Source: Squalus acanthias
Lineage: Eukaryota
NCBI GenBank assembly: GCA_030390025.1
Contig: CM059432.1
Span: forward strand, 92,072,001-92,136,000
Direction of reading: 5' to 3'
Length of the DNA stretch: 64,000 bases
Position 1 is the first letter of the stretch, and every line of letters begins with the position of its first letter. The position numbers and the translations under genes were made by a program. Below are positions 38,444 to 52,272 of this stretch, one piece after another. Under the pieces are notes generated by a model. It saw nothing but the letters and a program-made list of their open reading frames with translations. It had not been told where the DNA came from and did not search any database.

Positions 38444-41400
38444 ATGGGTGTCGCTTATGCTGTTTCACCTTGGACCTCAGATGAGGACCAAGATGAGCAG
38501 CAGCAGCAACACCAGTAGGATCTGCAGCAGTCGTCTCCTCACTGACCTGCCGCTCCACAGGAGAGAGGATGAGCGCAAAGGTGCAGATCGCAGGAAGCCA
38601 TACCCGCAACACAGGGTACATAGGCAGAGGATCAGCTTCCCGGATATGTCTGAACAGCAGTGCCTCAGGAGGCTCAGGGTATCATGTCAGGTGGTGGCAG
38701 ACATTTGCAGCCTGCTGGAACAAGACCTGCTGCCAAGCGGACCTGGTGGCCACGCTTTACCAAAGTGGCCACTGCCCTCAACTTCCTCACCTCAGGCTCC
38801 TTCCAGGGATCTGCAGGAGACATTTACAGGATTTCGCAGTCGGCCGTTTACAAATGCATCACCCAGGTGACCGATGCCATGTTTGCCAGGGCAGGCGATT
38901 ATGTACACTTTACCACCGATGAAGTCAGTCAGAATGAGCAGGCGCTCAGGTTTGCAGCTCTGGCTGGCTTCCCACAGGTGCAAGGCATCATCGACTGCAC
39001 ACACGTGGCAATCAAGACACCCCCAGATCACCTAGGAGTGTTCGTGAACCGTAAGGGCTTCCACTCCATCAATGTGCAGCTTGTCTGCAACCACAAAAAG
39101 ATCATCATTCAGGTTGTGTGCCAGATTCCCAGGGAGCTGCCATGATGCATTCATCCTGCGGCAGTCCACCCTCCCTGAGCTCTTAGCGCCTCCAAACAGA
39201 CTTACTAGCTGGCTGCTTGGAGTCAAGGGCTACCCACTTAAAACGTGGCTGATGACACCAGTGAGGAACTCAAGCAGTGGGGCCCAAAAGCGCTACAATC
39301 AAAGCCACATGACGACGAGTCGCGTCATTGAGCAAACCATCGGGATGCTGAAGATACACTTTAGGTGCCTCAACAGATCTGGAGACACCCTTCAATACGC
39401 ACCACCCAGGGTCTCCAGAATGATAGAAACATAGAAACATAGAAGATAGGAGCAGGAGTAGGTCATTCGGCCCCTCGAGCCTGTTCTGCCATTTAATGAG
39501 ATCATGGCTGATCATCCAAATTCAGTACCCTGTCCCTGCTTTCTCCCCATATCCCTTGATCCCTTTAGCCTTAAGAAATATATCTAACTCCTTCTTGAAT
39601 ATATTTAATGAATTGGCCTCAACTGCCTTCTGTGGTAGAGAATTCCACAGGTTCACCACTCTCTGGGTGAAGAAATTCCTCCTCATCTCAGTCCTAAATG
39701 GCTTACCCCTTATCCTTAGACTGTGACCTCTGGTTCTGGACTCCCCCACCATCAGGAACATCCTTCCTGCATCTAGTCTGTCTAGTCCTGTTAGAATTTT
39801 ATAAGTTTCAATGAGATCCCCTCTCATTCTTCTAAACTCTAGCGAATATAAGCCTAATCGACCCAATCTCTCTTCATACGTAATTCCTGCCATCCCAGGT
39901 ATCAGTCTGGTGAATCTTCGCTGTACTCCCTCCATGGTAAGAATATCCTTCCTCAGATAAGGCGACCAAAACTGCACACAATACTCAAGGTGTGGTCTCA
40001 CCAAGGCCCTGTACAACTGCAGCAAGACATCCTTGCTCCTATACTCGAATCCTCTCGCTAGGAAGGCCAACTATTTGTCTTCTTAACCGCCTACTGCACC
40101 TGTATGCTTACCTTCAGCGACTGGTGCACAAGGACACCCAGGTCTCGTTGCACTTCCCCTTTTCCCAATCTATTGCCGTTCAGATAATAATCTGCCTTCC
40201 TGTTTTTGCCACCAAAGTGGATAACCTCGCATTTATCCACATTATACTGCATTTGCCATGCATCTGTCCAATCACCCAACCTGTCCAAATCATACTGGAG
40301 TTTCTCTGCATCCTCCTCACAGCCCACACGCCCACCCAGCTTTGTGTCATCTGCAAACTTGGAGATATTACATCTAGTTCCCTCATCTAGATCATTAATA
40401 TATATTGTGAATAGCTGGGGTCCTAGCACCGATCCCTGCGGTACCCCACTAGTCACTGCCTGCCACTCGGAAAAAGACTCGTTTATTCCAACTCTTTGCT
40501 TCCTGTCTGCCAACTAGTTCTCTATCCAAGTCAGTACCTTACCCCCAATCCCATGTGCTTTAACTTTGCACGCTAATCTCTTATGCGTGACCTTATCGAA
40601 AGCCTTCTGAAAGACCAAATACACCACATCTACTGGTTCTCCCTTATCTATTCTACCAGTTACATCCTCAAAAAATTCCAGTAGATTAGTCAAGCATGAT
40701 TTAACTTTTGTAAATCCATGTTGACTTTGTCCGATGCTGTCACTGTTTTCCAAGTGCTCTGCTATTACATCTTCTATAATGGACTCTAGCATTTTCCCCA
40801 CTACTGATGTCAAGCTTACCGGTCTATAATTCCCCGTTTTCTCTCTACCACCTTTTTTAAATAGTGGGGTTACATTAGCTACCCTCCAATCCATGGGAAC
40901 TGTTCCAGAGTCTATAGAATTTTGGAAGATAACCAGCAATGCATCTATTATTTCTGGGGCCACTTCCTTAAGTACCCTAGGATGTAGATTATCAGGCCCT
41001 GGGGATTTATCGGCCTTCAATCCTGTCAATTTCCCTAACACCATTTCCCTACAAATACTGATTTCATTCAGTTCCTCCCTCTCATTAGATCCTATGTTCC
41101 CCGACATCTCTGGGAGGTTATTTGTGTCCTCCTTTGTGAAGACAGAACCAAAGTATGTATTTAATTGGTCAGCCATTTCTTTGTTCCCCATTATAAATTC
41201 CCCTGATTCTGACTGCAAGGGACCTACACTTGACTTCACCAATCTTTTTCTCTTCACGTATCTATAGAAGCTTTTACAGTCAGTTTTTATGTTCCCTGCA
41301 AGTTTACTCTCATGCTCTATTTTCCCCCTCTTAATTAATCCCTTTGTCCTCCTTTGCTGAATCCTAAGCTGCTCCCAATCCTCAGGTTTGCTGCTTTTTC

Positions 41401-41996
41401 TGGCCAATTTATATGTGCTCTCCTTGGATCTTATGCTATCCCTAATTTCCCTTGTTAGCCACGGTTGAGTCAACTTTTTTGTTTTATTTTTATGCCAAAC
41501 AGGGATGAACAAATTCTGTAGTTCATCCATGCGATCTTTAAATGTTTGCCATTGCCTATCCACCATCAACCCTTTAAGTAACATTCCCCAATCCATCCTA
41601 GCCAACCAATCCATCCTAGCCAACTCGCGCCTCATACCATCATAGTTTCCTTTATTTAAATTCAGGACCCTAGTCTCTGAGTCAACTACTTCACTCTCCA
41701 TCTTAATGAAGAATTCTATCATATTATGATCGCTCCTCCCCAAGGGGCCTCACACAACAAGATTGCTAATTAATCCTTTCTCATTAAATAATACCGTGAT
41801 GTACTGCGCTCTACACAACATAGCACAGCAGCGAGGATTGGAGCGACAGGAGGAGCAAGGTGTAGAGCGCAGTGCCTCTTCAGAGGGGAACCAGGAGGAG
41901 GAACAGGAGGAGGAGGAGGAACATCATGTGGCCATGGCACCAGCAGGTGTGCATATTGCTGCCCAGGATGGACTTATAATGGCAAGATTTAGTTAG
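38444..41996 (+). pseudogene. Harbinger transposase pseudogene (38444-39421 and ~41796-41996)
   Basis: [57 protein letters not shown]; after the CR1 insertion, VMYCALHN and an acidic tail. Frameshifted. Confidence 0.9.
39422..41795 (-). mobile_element. 5'-truncated CR1 LINE with few disruptions
   Basis: ORFs 40514-41743, 40091-40513 and 39522-40070 give EN end (SDHN), RT (FADDTK) and C-terminus. (TTCTATGT)n tail at 39422-39445. Confidence 0.92.
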
Positions 41997-42297
41997 GTTT
42001 CTCACTGCACCATCTGGCAGCCACATGCTGAACCCACTGCCAATCACCCCCCCCCCCCAACCCCCACCCCCACTTCCCCAGCAGAAAGCAGTCCTGCAAT
42101 CAACAAAGCATTCCTTTCACAGACACCCATTGCTCGGACTTAAGTCTTGTCTTACCATTCACAACTGAGAAGGCCACTTGCCTGGCTGCAGGCAAAAATG
42201 GGCAAGACGGGAAAGTGGTGCAATTAAATAATTTTTATGTGGCTCAAAATTTAAACAGAACATTGTGTAACACACCAATGGCCATATCCTTGTGCAA

Positions 42298-44094
42298 CTA
42301 CAAATCTTTCATCTTCCTTTTTCTACTACTCCTACATTGTACAATCCCTGTGGCTTCAGCAGAGGTAGAGGCAGGCTGCTCACACCCTGCTCTGATTGCT
42401 GAGATGCACTTAGCCGACGTCCTCTGGGTTTTGGAGCCCGTGAGGGCCCCTGCCAAATACTGCTCCACCTGCACCTGTGCAGAGGCAAACTCAGCCATTG
42501 GGACAGGAGGCAGCATGTGGGGCTCTGACTGGGGGGCGGTGCAACGAGTGACAAGTGGAAGCACTTTGAGCAGACTCCCCACTTCCATGTCCCCTTTCTC
42601 CATCTTCCCTCTCAATGCCCTGCTAGCAATGAGCTGGAGAGCACTTTGCTGCACATCAGTGGGGCGCTGAACGGCCAAGTCTAAGTTTTGATCAATCCTA
42701 TTTAAAGTGCCATTTATAGTGTGCAAGCCATTGGTGATGGCCAGCATGCAGTCGTTTGAGTGCTGTGTTTGATGGTCACTCTTTCCATGGACGAAGACAT
42801 CATAGCAAAGGCCTGCGACATCATGCCACTCATGCTTGAGACAACTCCTCCATTCTCTCTGCAAATGTGCACAGTGCGGCTGGAAATCCTGCAAAAACCT
42901 CGCACATTTTTTGCTGCTGCTCCTGAATCCTCTTCATCAACAGCCCCCAAGGTTCAGCATCTGTGTCCAGCTGAACAGAGCTTGGGAAGAAAGAAAGCCC
43001 TCCGACGCGGACTCTCCACTGCTGTCCCTGTCTCCACCATCTGCTCTTGCTCACATGTGATGCGTGAGACACCAGCTGACAACACAACTGTCTGTCTTAC
43101 TGGTTCCACCGACGTGTGTGTATCTAAGCTGGTGCATGGTCGGCATGAGTCCTGTGACTGTGCACCCTCAGAGTGAGTGACCTCTTCTGAGGAGTTGTTG
43201 TCGTCCTCTGGCACCACCTCCTGCGGGACACCTTGATGGGCTTGTGGGAGACTAAAGACAGTAATTGGAACTGTCACAGTAAGGATGTTGTAAGTGAATA
43301 TTATGCACATGTCATATTTCACTGGCTGCTGACATCAAGTCAACATGAGAGACTGTTGTATGCCATGTGGCTGTGTGATATTTAATTCTGTCACCAGGCA
43401 GCTGGGAGGCCCCAATCTCTCCATCTCCGATCGCCAGGCCGCCGACACTCGGCTTATCTCCAGCACATCCTCCTCTACAGCTGTCAGTGTGGTGATGACT
43501 GGAGGGCCACCTCCTGTTCTCTGTCTCTCCCAGGTGTTCTGTGCTCTCTTCTCCTGCAAGGAGGGAATCAAGAGACCTTTGAGTGAGAGTCATGGAATGT
43601 GTGGAAGGGATGGATGGGCAACATCTGTTGAGGGTGACTATGAGGGAGAGGCGTGGCACTGCATTAAGATGAGGGTGAGTGTCAGAGGTGGATGGTCAGA
43701 TGGGGATGTGAGGAAGTGCATAGACAGAGAGGGATGGGTGCACCTGCAAGGTACGTTGGTGTGGGGAGTGATGTGCAGGGGTAGGCTCGGGAAGGCTGAG
43801 TGAGGGGGCTGGGGTGGCACACACATCAGGATGTAGTTGAATGTGGCATTGTACTCACCTTTCCAGCCCTCATGAGGTCATTAAACTGCTTCCAGCACTA
43901 TATCCAGGAGCATGGCACCACACTCCTGCTGATCTCCTCAGCGATCTCCAGCCGTACCTTCTTGGTCTTTGAAGCAGGCTCCTTCCTCCCATCAGCTGGA
44001 ATAGTATTTCCCTGTGAGCCCTTATGCACCGCAGCATCAGTTCTATGGAGGCATCATTGAATGGAGGCGTAGCCTTAGCACGTTGCAAGTCCAT
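42298..44094 (-). pseudogene. Harbinger Myb/SANT-like gene, 3 exons (~44094-43859, 43553-43395, ~43243-42298), frameshifted
   Basis: PPFNDASIEL, WLEIAEEIS...CWKQFNDLMR, then EKRAQN...TGGGPP. Splice sites are equivalent to the intact gene. Confidence 0.75.
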
Positions 44095-45193
44095 TCTTGC
44101 TTCCTCTGTTTCCCCCACCTCCACAATCCTTCAACTGTCATCATTGCAGTATTCTGTAAATACTTCAGCTGAAATAGATCCAAACAAGTCGTCATCACGC
44201 CTGCTCGCGTTAATTGGACTAGAAACCCGGAATTCAGATGCAAATACACTCGCTGGGTCAAAAAGCCACTGATAGACGTGCTGCAGTTACTTCCGGGTTT
44301 CCCCCACGCTCCCAGCACCCCCACTCCCAGTGGGTCTCCAGGTAAAAATTCCGGCCTTTGTGTCCTCCTCACAGCTTACTTCCCCACCTAGCTTTGTATC
44401 GTCAGCAAACTTGGATACATTACTCTTGGTCCCTTCATCTAAGTCATTAATATAGATTGTAAATAGCTGAGGTCCAAGCACTGATCCTTGCGGCACCCCA
44501 CCAGTTACAGCCTGCCAACCTGAAAATGACCCATTTATTCCACTCTCTGCTTTCTGTCCTTTAACCAATCATCTATCCATGCTAATGTATTAACCCCAAT
44601 CCCATGAGATCTTATCTTGTGTAATAACCTTTCGTGTGGCATCTTATTGAATGCCTTTTGAAAATCAAAATAGACTACATCCAATGGTTCCACTTTATCT
44701 ACCCTGCTCGTTACATTCTCAAAAAACTCTAATACATTTGTCAACATGATTTCCCTTGCATAAAACCACATTGACTCCATCTAATCATATCATGGATTCC
44801 AGCATTTTCCTGAGGGCTGATGTCAGGCTAACTGGCCTGTAGTTCCCTGTTTTCTCTCTCCCTCCTTTCTTGAATAGTAGGATTACATTAGCTACCTTCC
44901 AATCCACTGGGACTGTTCCAGAATCTAGGGAATTTTAGAAGATCACAACCAATGCATCCACTATCTCTGCAGCCACCTCTTTTAGTACCCTAGGATGAAG
45001 GCCATCAGGCCCAGGGGATTTGTTGGCTTTACATCCCATTAATTTCTCCAGCACTTTTTCTCTACTGATAATAGTTACCTTAAGTTCCTCATTTTCATTA
45101 GATCCTTGGTTCCCCACTATTTCTGGTATGTTTTTTATGTCTTCTACTGTGAAGACAAATAAAAATATTTGTTTAACATCGCTACGATTTCCT

Positions 45194-47085
45194 TTTTTTT
45201 AATTCGTTTATGGGATCTGGGCGTCGCTGGCAATGCCAGCATTTATTGCCCATCCCTAGTTGCCCTTGAGAAGGTGGTGGTGAGCCGCCTTCTTGAACCG
45301 CTGCAGACCATGTGGTGATGGTACTCCCACAGTGCTGTTAGGTAGGGAGTTCCAGGATTTTGACCCAGCGACGATGAAGGATCGGCGATATACTTCTAAG
45401 TCAGGATGGTGTGTGACTTGGAGGGGAACTTGGAGGTAGTGGTGTTCCCATGCGCCTGCTGCTCTTGTCTTTCTAGGTGGAAGAGGTCGCGGGTTTGAGA
45501 GGTGCTGCCGAAGAAGTCTTGGCGAGTTGCTGCTGTGCATCTTGTAGATGGTACACACTGCAGCCACGGTACGCCGGTGGTGGAGGGAGTGAATGTTTAA
45601 GGTGGTGGATGGGGTGCCAATCAAGCGGGCTGCTTTGTCCTGGATGGTGTCGAGCTTCTTGAGTGTTGATGGAGCTGCACTCATCCAGGCAAGTGGAGAG
45701 TATTCCATCACACTCCTTACTTGTGCCTTGTAGATGGTGAAAAGGCTTTGGGAAGTCAGGAGGTGAGACACTCGCCACAGAATACCCAGCCTCTGACCTG
45801 GTCTTGTTACCACAGTATTTATGTGGCTGGTCCAGTTAAGTTTCTGGTTAATGGTGACCCCTAGGATGTTGATAGTGGGGGATTCGGCGATGGTACTGCC
45901 ATTGAATGTCAAGGGGAGGTGGTTAGACTCTCGCTTGTAGGAGATAGTCATTGCCTGGCACTTGTGTGGCGCGAATGTTACCTGCCACTTATCAGCCCAA
46001 GCCTGAACGTCGTCCAGGTCTTATTGCATGCGGGCATGGACTGCTTCATTATCTGTGGAGTTGCGAATGGCGCTGAACTCTGTGCAGTCATCAGCGAACA
46101 GCCGCATTTCTGACCTTATGTTGGAGGGAAGGTCATTGATGAAGCAGCTGAAGATGGTTGGGCCTAGGACACTGCCCTGAGGAACTCCTGCAGCGATGTC
46201 CTGGGTCTGTGATGATTTACCTTCAACCACCACAACCATCTTCCTTTGTGCTAGGTATGACTCCAGCCAGTGGAGCGTTTTCCCCCTGATTCCCATTGAC
46301 TTCAGTTTTACTAGGGCTCCTTGATGCCAGACTCGGTCAAATGCTGCCTTGATGTCAAGGGCAGTCACTCTCACCTCACCTCTGGAATTCAGCTCCTTTG
46401 TCCATGTTTGGACCAAGGCTGTAATGAGGTCAGGAGCCGAGTGGTCTTGGTGGAAGCCAAACTGGGCATCAGTGAGCAGGTTATTGCTGAGTAAGTGCCG
46501 CTTGATAGCACTGTCGATGACACCTTCCATCACTTTGCTGATGATTGAGAGTAGACTGATGGGGTGGTAACTGGCCGGTTTAGATTTGTCCTGCTTTTTG
46601 TGGACAAGACATACCTGGGCAGTTTTCCACATTGTCGGATAGATGCCAGTGTTGTAGCTGTACTGGAACAGCTTGGCTAGAGGCGCGGCTAGTTCTGGAA
46701 CACAAGTCTTCAGCACGGTAGCCGGGATGTTGTCGGGGCCCATAGCCTTTGCTGTATCCAGTGCGCTCAGCCGTTTCTTGATATCACGTGGAGTGAATCG
46801 AATTGGTTGAAGAATGACTTCTGTGATGGTGGGGACCTTGGGAGTAGGTCGATATGGATCATCCACTCGGCACTTCTGGCTGAAGTTGGTTGCAAACGCT
46901 TCAGCCTTGTCTTTTGCACTCACGTGCTGGGCTCCACCATCGTTGTGGATGGGGATATTCTTCGAGCCACCTCCTCCCGTTAGTTGTTTAATGGTCCACT
47001 ACCATTCACGACTGGATGTGGCAGGACTGCAGAGCTTTGATCTGATCCGTTGATTGTGAGATCGCTTAGCCCTGTCTATAGACTT
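45194..47085 (-). mobile_element. 5'-truncated CR1-group LINE family B
   Basis: ORF 46021-46923 has RT motifs ([24 protein letters not shown]); ORF 45256-45951 is the C-terminus. Same tail as 1-972. Confidence 0.92.
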
Positions 47086-47231
47086 ATTCCCTTATACCCC
47101 ATTATAATTTCTCCTGTCCCAACCTCTAAGGGACCAATGTTTACTTTTGCTACCCTCTTCCTTTTTACATACTTGTGGAAGCTCTTATAATCTGTTTTTA
47201 TTTATCTCACTAGTTTACACTTATCTCACTA

Positions 47232-50200
47232 GCAAAAAATAACAAAAAGATTGATTAAGAAAGGGAAGATAGATTATGAAAGTAAATAAGCAAAAAATAT
47301 AAAAACAGATAGTAAGAGTTTTTATAGTTATATAAAAAGAAAAAGGGTGGCTAAAGTAAATGTTGGTCCCTTAGAGGATGAGACCAGGGAAATTAATGGT
47401 GCGAAATATGGAGATGGCAAATACACTGAATGAATATTTTGTATCAGTCTTTACAGTAGAGGACACTGAGAATATCCCAACACTGGACAAACAGGGGGCT
47501 ATAGGGAGGGAGGAGCTAAACACGATCAAAATCACTAAGGAAGTGGTACTCGGTAAAATAATGGGACTCAAGGCGGATAAATCACCTGGACCTGATGGCT
47601 TACATCCTAGGGTCTTGAGGGAAGTGGCGGTAGGGATTGTGGATGCATTGGTAATAATTTTCCAAAACTTCCTGGACTCAGCAAAGATCCCAGCAGACTG
47701 GAAAACTGCTAATGTAACACCCTTATTTAAAAAGGGCAGTAGACAGAAGGCTGGAAACTATAGACCGGTTAGCCTAACATCTGTGGTAGGTAAAATTTTG
47801 GAGTCCATTATTAAGGAGACAGTAACGGGACATTTGGATGATCATAATTTAATAGGACAAAGTCAGCATGGTTTTATGAAGGGGAAGTCATGTTTGACAA
47901 ATTTGCTGGAGTTCTTTGAGGAAGTAACACACAGGGTGGATAAAGGGGAACCAGTGGATGTGGTGTATTTAGACTTCCAAAAGGCATTTGACAAGGTGCC
48001 ACACAAAAGATTATTGCTTAAGATAAAAAATCACGGGATTGGGGGTAATATTCTGGCATGGATAGAGGATTGGCTATCTAACAGAAGGCAGAGAGTTGGG
48101 ATAAATGGTTCATTCTCAGACTGGCAATCAGTAACTAGTGGTGTTCCGCAGGAGTCAGTGCTGGGTCCCCAACTCTTTACAATCTATATTAACGATTTGG
48201 AGGAGGGGACCGAGTGTAACATATCAAAGTTTGCAGATGATACTAAGATGGGAGGGAAAGTAGTGAGTGAGGAGGACATAAAAAATCTGCAAGGGGACAT
48301 AGACAGGCTAAGTAAGTGGGCAGAGATTTGGCAGATGGAATACAATACTGGAAAGTGTGAGGTTATGCACTTTGGCAGGAAAAATAGTAGAGCAAGTTAT
48401 TATCTTAATGGCAAGAAACTGGAAAGTACTGAAGTACAAAGGGATCTGGGGGTCCTGGTGCACGAAACTCAAAAGGTTAGTATGCAGGTGCAGCAAGTGA
48501 TTAAGAAGGCCAATGGAATGTTGGCTTTCATTGCTAGGGGGATAGAATATAAAAATAGGGAGGTATTGCTTCAGTTGTACAAGGTATTGGTGAGACCGCA
48601 CCTGGAATACTGCATACAGTTTTGGTGTCCATACTTAAGAAAAGACATACTTGCTCTCGAGTCAGTACAAAGAAGGTTCACTCGGTTAATTCCGGGGATG
48701 AGGGGATGGACATATGAGGAGAGGTTGGATAGATTGGGACTCTACTCATTGGAGTTCAGAAGAATGAGAGGCGATCCTATTGAAACATATAGGGGGAAAA
48801 ATTCAGGTGGTTGCGCCTCCCGTTAGCGCCTTAAGAGGGCGCTAATGGGGCGCAAAGCATCTAGCGCCCAGGCACGGCGAAGTTTGCGCCGCTCGCGAAA
48901 TTAACTAGACATTTTGCGGCAGCGCTAAACACTACCGCCACGATCTCCTGCGCCGGCAGATCGTGACGTCACTCGAGTGCACAACGCCCCGGTATCGCCC
49001 CGGAGCGGATATTGAGTGGCGCCCCCTGCCTTACCGCCTGATGCTAGCAACGACAGGTTGAGGGGAGCGTTCTGCAGTCATGAAGGGAAAGGGGGAGCGC
49101 TATTTAAAGGTGTCCGCTTCCTGCCTTTTATTGTTGGTGCCATTTTTGAACTACGCATTCTGAGAGAGAGAGGGAGAGACTTCTGGAGAGATTCAACGTT
49201 GTGTGAAGGAGTTTTGGGTACTGAGCAGCACTTTGCAGGTTCATTTTGATTTGCCATTCCTTGTATCGATTTAGCAGAGACTGTGGGGGCTGCACTCTGA
49301 GCTCTTTGCCTGGTACTCTCCATTGTTCTTTCCAGCACATTTGATGTGCAGGTCTCTCCAGGCCGAGATTCAAGGCTGCAATGAGCAGGATGTGGATGGA
49401 AAGCAAGATTAACCATCCCCTTTAAGAACTGGCCCATGCCATTGTGTGTGTGTTCCATTGCTGACTGACATTACATGAGCTTCGCCAGCGCTCTGAGGTA
49501 GCGCCTCGCTCCTCGGCATTTGCGCCTTAAGACAGGTGTGAAGCACCTGATATAGCGCTGCAATCACCTCCAGGGGCGATAAAAGTCAAGTTTGCAGTCA
49601 GTGGCGATAATTAGCGCCAGGCGCTAATCTTTGCGCCCGGCCGATAATTGCGCCCCAAATGGGGCGATACTGAATTTCTCCCCCATAAGATTGTGAAGGG
49701 GTTGGATCGGGTGGATGCGGGGAGGATGTTCCCGATGATGGGTGAAACTAGAACTAGGGGGCATAGTCTTAGAATAAGGGGCTGCTCTTTCAAAACTGAG
49801 ATGAGAAGGAACTACTTCACTCAGAGGGTGGTAGGTCCATGGAATATGCTGCCCCAAAAAGCTGTAGAAGCTACATCATTACATAAATTTAAAACAGAAA
49901 TAGACAGTTTCCTAGAAGTAAAGGGAATTAAGGGTTACGGGGAGCAGGCAGGAATTTGGACATGAGTCTAGGTTCGGATCGGTCATGGCCCTGTGGGTAG
50001 CGTAGCGGCCCCAGGGGCCGTGTAGCCTGATCCTGCTCCTATTTCGTGTGTCCAATTATGTTAGGTTCAGGAGATGGTTCTGTGATAGTAGATTGGCGGT
50101 TAGGATCAGATCAGCCATGATCTTATTGAATGGCGGAGCAGGCTCGAGGGGCCAATTGGCCTACTCCTGCTCCTATTTCTTATGTTCTTATGTTCTTATG
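47232..50200 (+). mobile_element. Young 5'-truncated CR1 LINE with an open RT ORF, interrupted by a MITE
   Basis: ORF from 47378 (YLDFQKAFD, FADDTK) rejoins 49688-49965 in frame (ETY|KIVKG) once the MITE and one TSD copy are removed. (TTCTTATG)n tail. Confidence 0.93.
48792..49684 (-). mobile_element. Non-autonomous Harbinger (893 bp), deletion derivative of the 29411/62137 family
   Basis: TIRs GGGGGAAAAATTCAG / CTGAATTTCTCCCCC. TSD ATA at 48789-48791 and 49685-49687. Both ends align to the termini of 29411-33646; the 49684 end also aligns to the left end at 62137. Confidence 0.92.
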
Positions 50201-50398
50201 TACTCTCATATTCTATTTTCTCCCTCTTTATCAATTTTTTGGTCATCCTTTGCGGGTTTTTAAAACTCTCCCAATCCTCAGGCACTTCTTGGCAACATTA
50301 TAAGCCTCTTCTTTTAATCTACTACTGTCCTTAACCTTTTTAATTAGCCACAGATGCATCACTTTTCCCGTGGAGCTTTTATTTCTCAATGGAATAAA

Positions 50399-51403
50399 TG
50401 CTGGACATCGCTGCAGGAGTTCCTCAGGGTAGTGCCCTAGGCCCGATCATCTTCAGCTGCTTCATCAATGACCTTCCCTCCATCATAAGGCCAGAAGTAA
50501 GGATGTTCGCTGATGATTGCACAGAGTTCAGTTCCATTTACAACTCCTCAAATAATGAAGCAGTCCGTGCCCGCACGCACCAAGACCTGGCCAACATTCA
50601 GGCTTGGGTTGATAAGTAGCAATTAACATTCACACCACAAAAGTGTTAGGCAATGATCATCTCCAACAAGAGAAAGTCCAACCACCTCCCCTTGGCATTC
50701 AATGGCATTACCATCATCGAATCCCCCACTATCTACATCCTGGGGGTTACCATTGACCAGAAACTTAACTGGACCAGCCACATAAATACAATGGCTACAA
50801 GAACAGGTCAGAGGCTGGATATTCTGTGGCGAGTGACTCACTTCCTGACTCCCCAAAGCCTTTCCACCATCTACAACGCACAAGTCAAGAGTGTGATGGA
50901 ATACTCTCCACTTGCCTGGATGAGTGCAGCTCCAACAACATTCAAGAAGCTCAACACCATCCAGGCCAAAGCAGTTCACTTGATTGGCACCCAATCCACC
51001 ACCTTTAACATTCACTTCCTCCACCAGTGGTGCACCAAGTCTGCAGTGTATACTATCTACAAGATGCACTGCAGCAACTCGCCAAGGCTCCTTTGACAGC
51101 ACCTCCCAAACCTATGACCTCTACCACATAGAAGGACAAGGACAGCAGACACATGGGAACACCACCACCTCCAAGTTCCCCTTCAATTCACACACCATCC
51201 TGACTTGGAAATATATCACCATCGTCGCTAGGTCAAAATCCTGGCACTCCCTACCTAACAGCACTGTGGGAGTACCTTCACCACATGGACTGCAGCGTTT
51301 CAAGAAGGTGGCACACCACCACCTTCTCAAGGGCAATTAGTGATGGGCAATAAATGCTGGATTTGCCAGTGATGCCCACATTCCATGAATGAACTAGAAA
51401 AAA
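50399..51403 (+). mobile_element. 5'-truncated CR1-group LINE family B, older copy
   Basis: GVPQGSALGPIIFSCFINDLP, MFADDC, ORF 50653-51096, and the family B tail. Confidence 0.9.
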
Positions 51404-52272
51404 TTAGTTGAGAATTATGAAATATTTCTTCAAATGTTCACCATTGATTATCTACCATCATACCTTTTAATCTAATTTCCCAATCTACATTAGTCAAATC
51501 ACCCCTCATACCTATGTAATTGGCTTTATTTAAGTTTAAGACTCCAGTGTCATATTTAAGTGCGTCGCTCTCGAACTCAACATGAAATTCTATTATATTA
51601 TGATCACTCTTCCCTAGGAGATCACTAATTAACCCTGTCTCATTACACAAGAAAAGATCTAAAATAACTTGTTCCCTGCTCAGTTCCACGACGTATTGTT
51701 CTAGGAAACTGCCTCGAATGCATTCCATGAACTCGTCCTCCAAACTACTTTTGCCAATTTGATTTGTGCAGTCTATATGAAGATTAAAGTCTCCCATGAT
51801 TATTGCTTTACCTTTGTTACAAGCTCCTCTTATTTCTTGATTAAGACTTTGTCCAAAAGTATCGCTACTTTTAGGGGGCCTATAAACTAATCCCACCAGT
51901 TTTTTCTGCCCTTTGTTATTTCTTATCTCCACCCATACTGATTCTACTTCCTGATATTCTGAGCCAAGATCCTTTCTCACTACTGTCCTTATGTCATCCT
52001 TTATTACCAGGACTACCCCCTCCTTTTCCATTTTGTCTGACTTTTCAAAACATCTAGTACCCTGGAATATTTAGTTCCCAACCTTGGTCACCATGCAACT
52101 ACATCTTTGTAATAGCTATTAGATCAAACCTATTTATCTCTATTTGTGCCATGAATTCATCTATCTTGTTACAAATGTTTCATGCATTCAGATAAAATGC
52201 CATTAATTTTAACTTTTTACCATTTTTCCCTGATTTGACCTTATTCACTGATGCACGATTACTGTTAAACTC

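Larger units (their letters stand above)
37916..44356. mobile_element. PIF/Harbinger transposon (third family), decayed, inserted in the CR1 and interrupted by another CR1
   Basis: TIRs GGGGGGGATTTTTAC / GTAAAAATTCCGGCC. TSD TTT at 37913-37915 and 44357-44359. The host CR1 reads through when the element is removed. Confidence 0.85.

Noticed and set aside
41588..41623. 18-bp tandem duplication (LARMDW x2) in a CR1
   Set aside because: Ordinary slippage in a dead copy.
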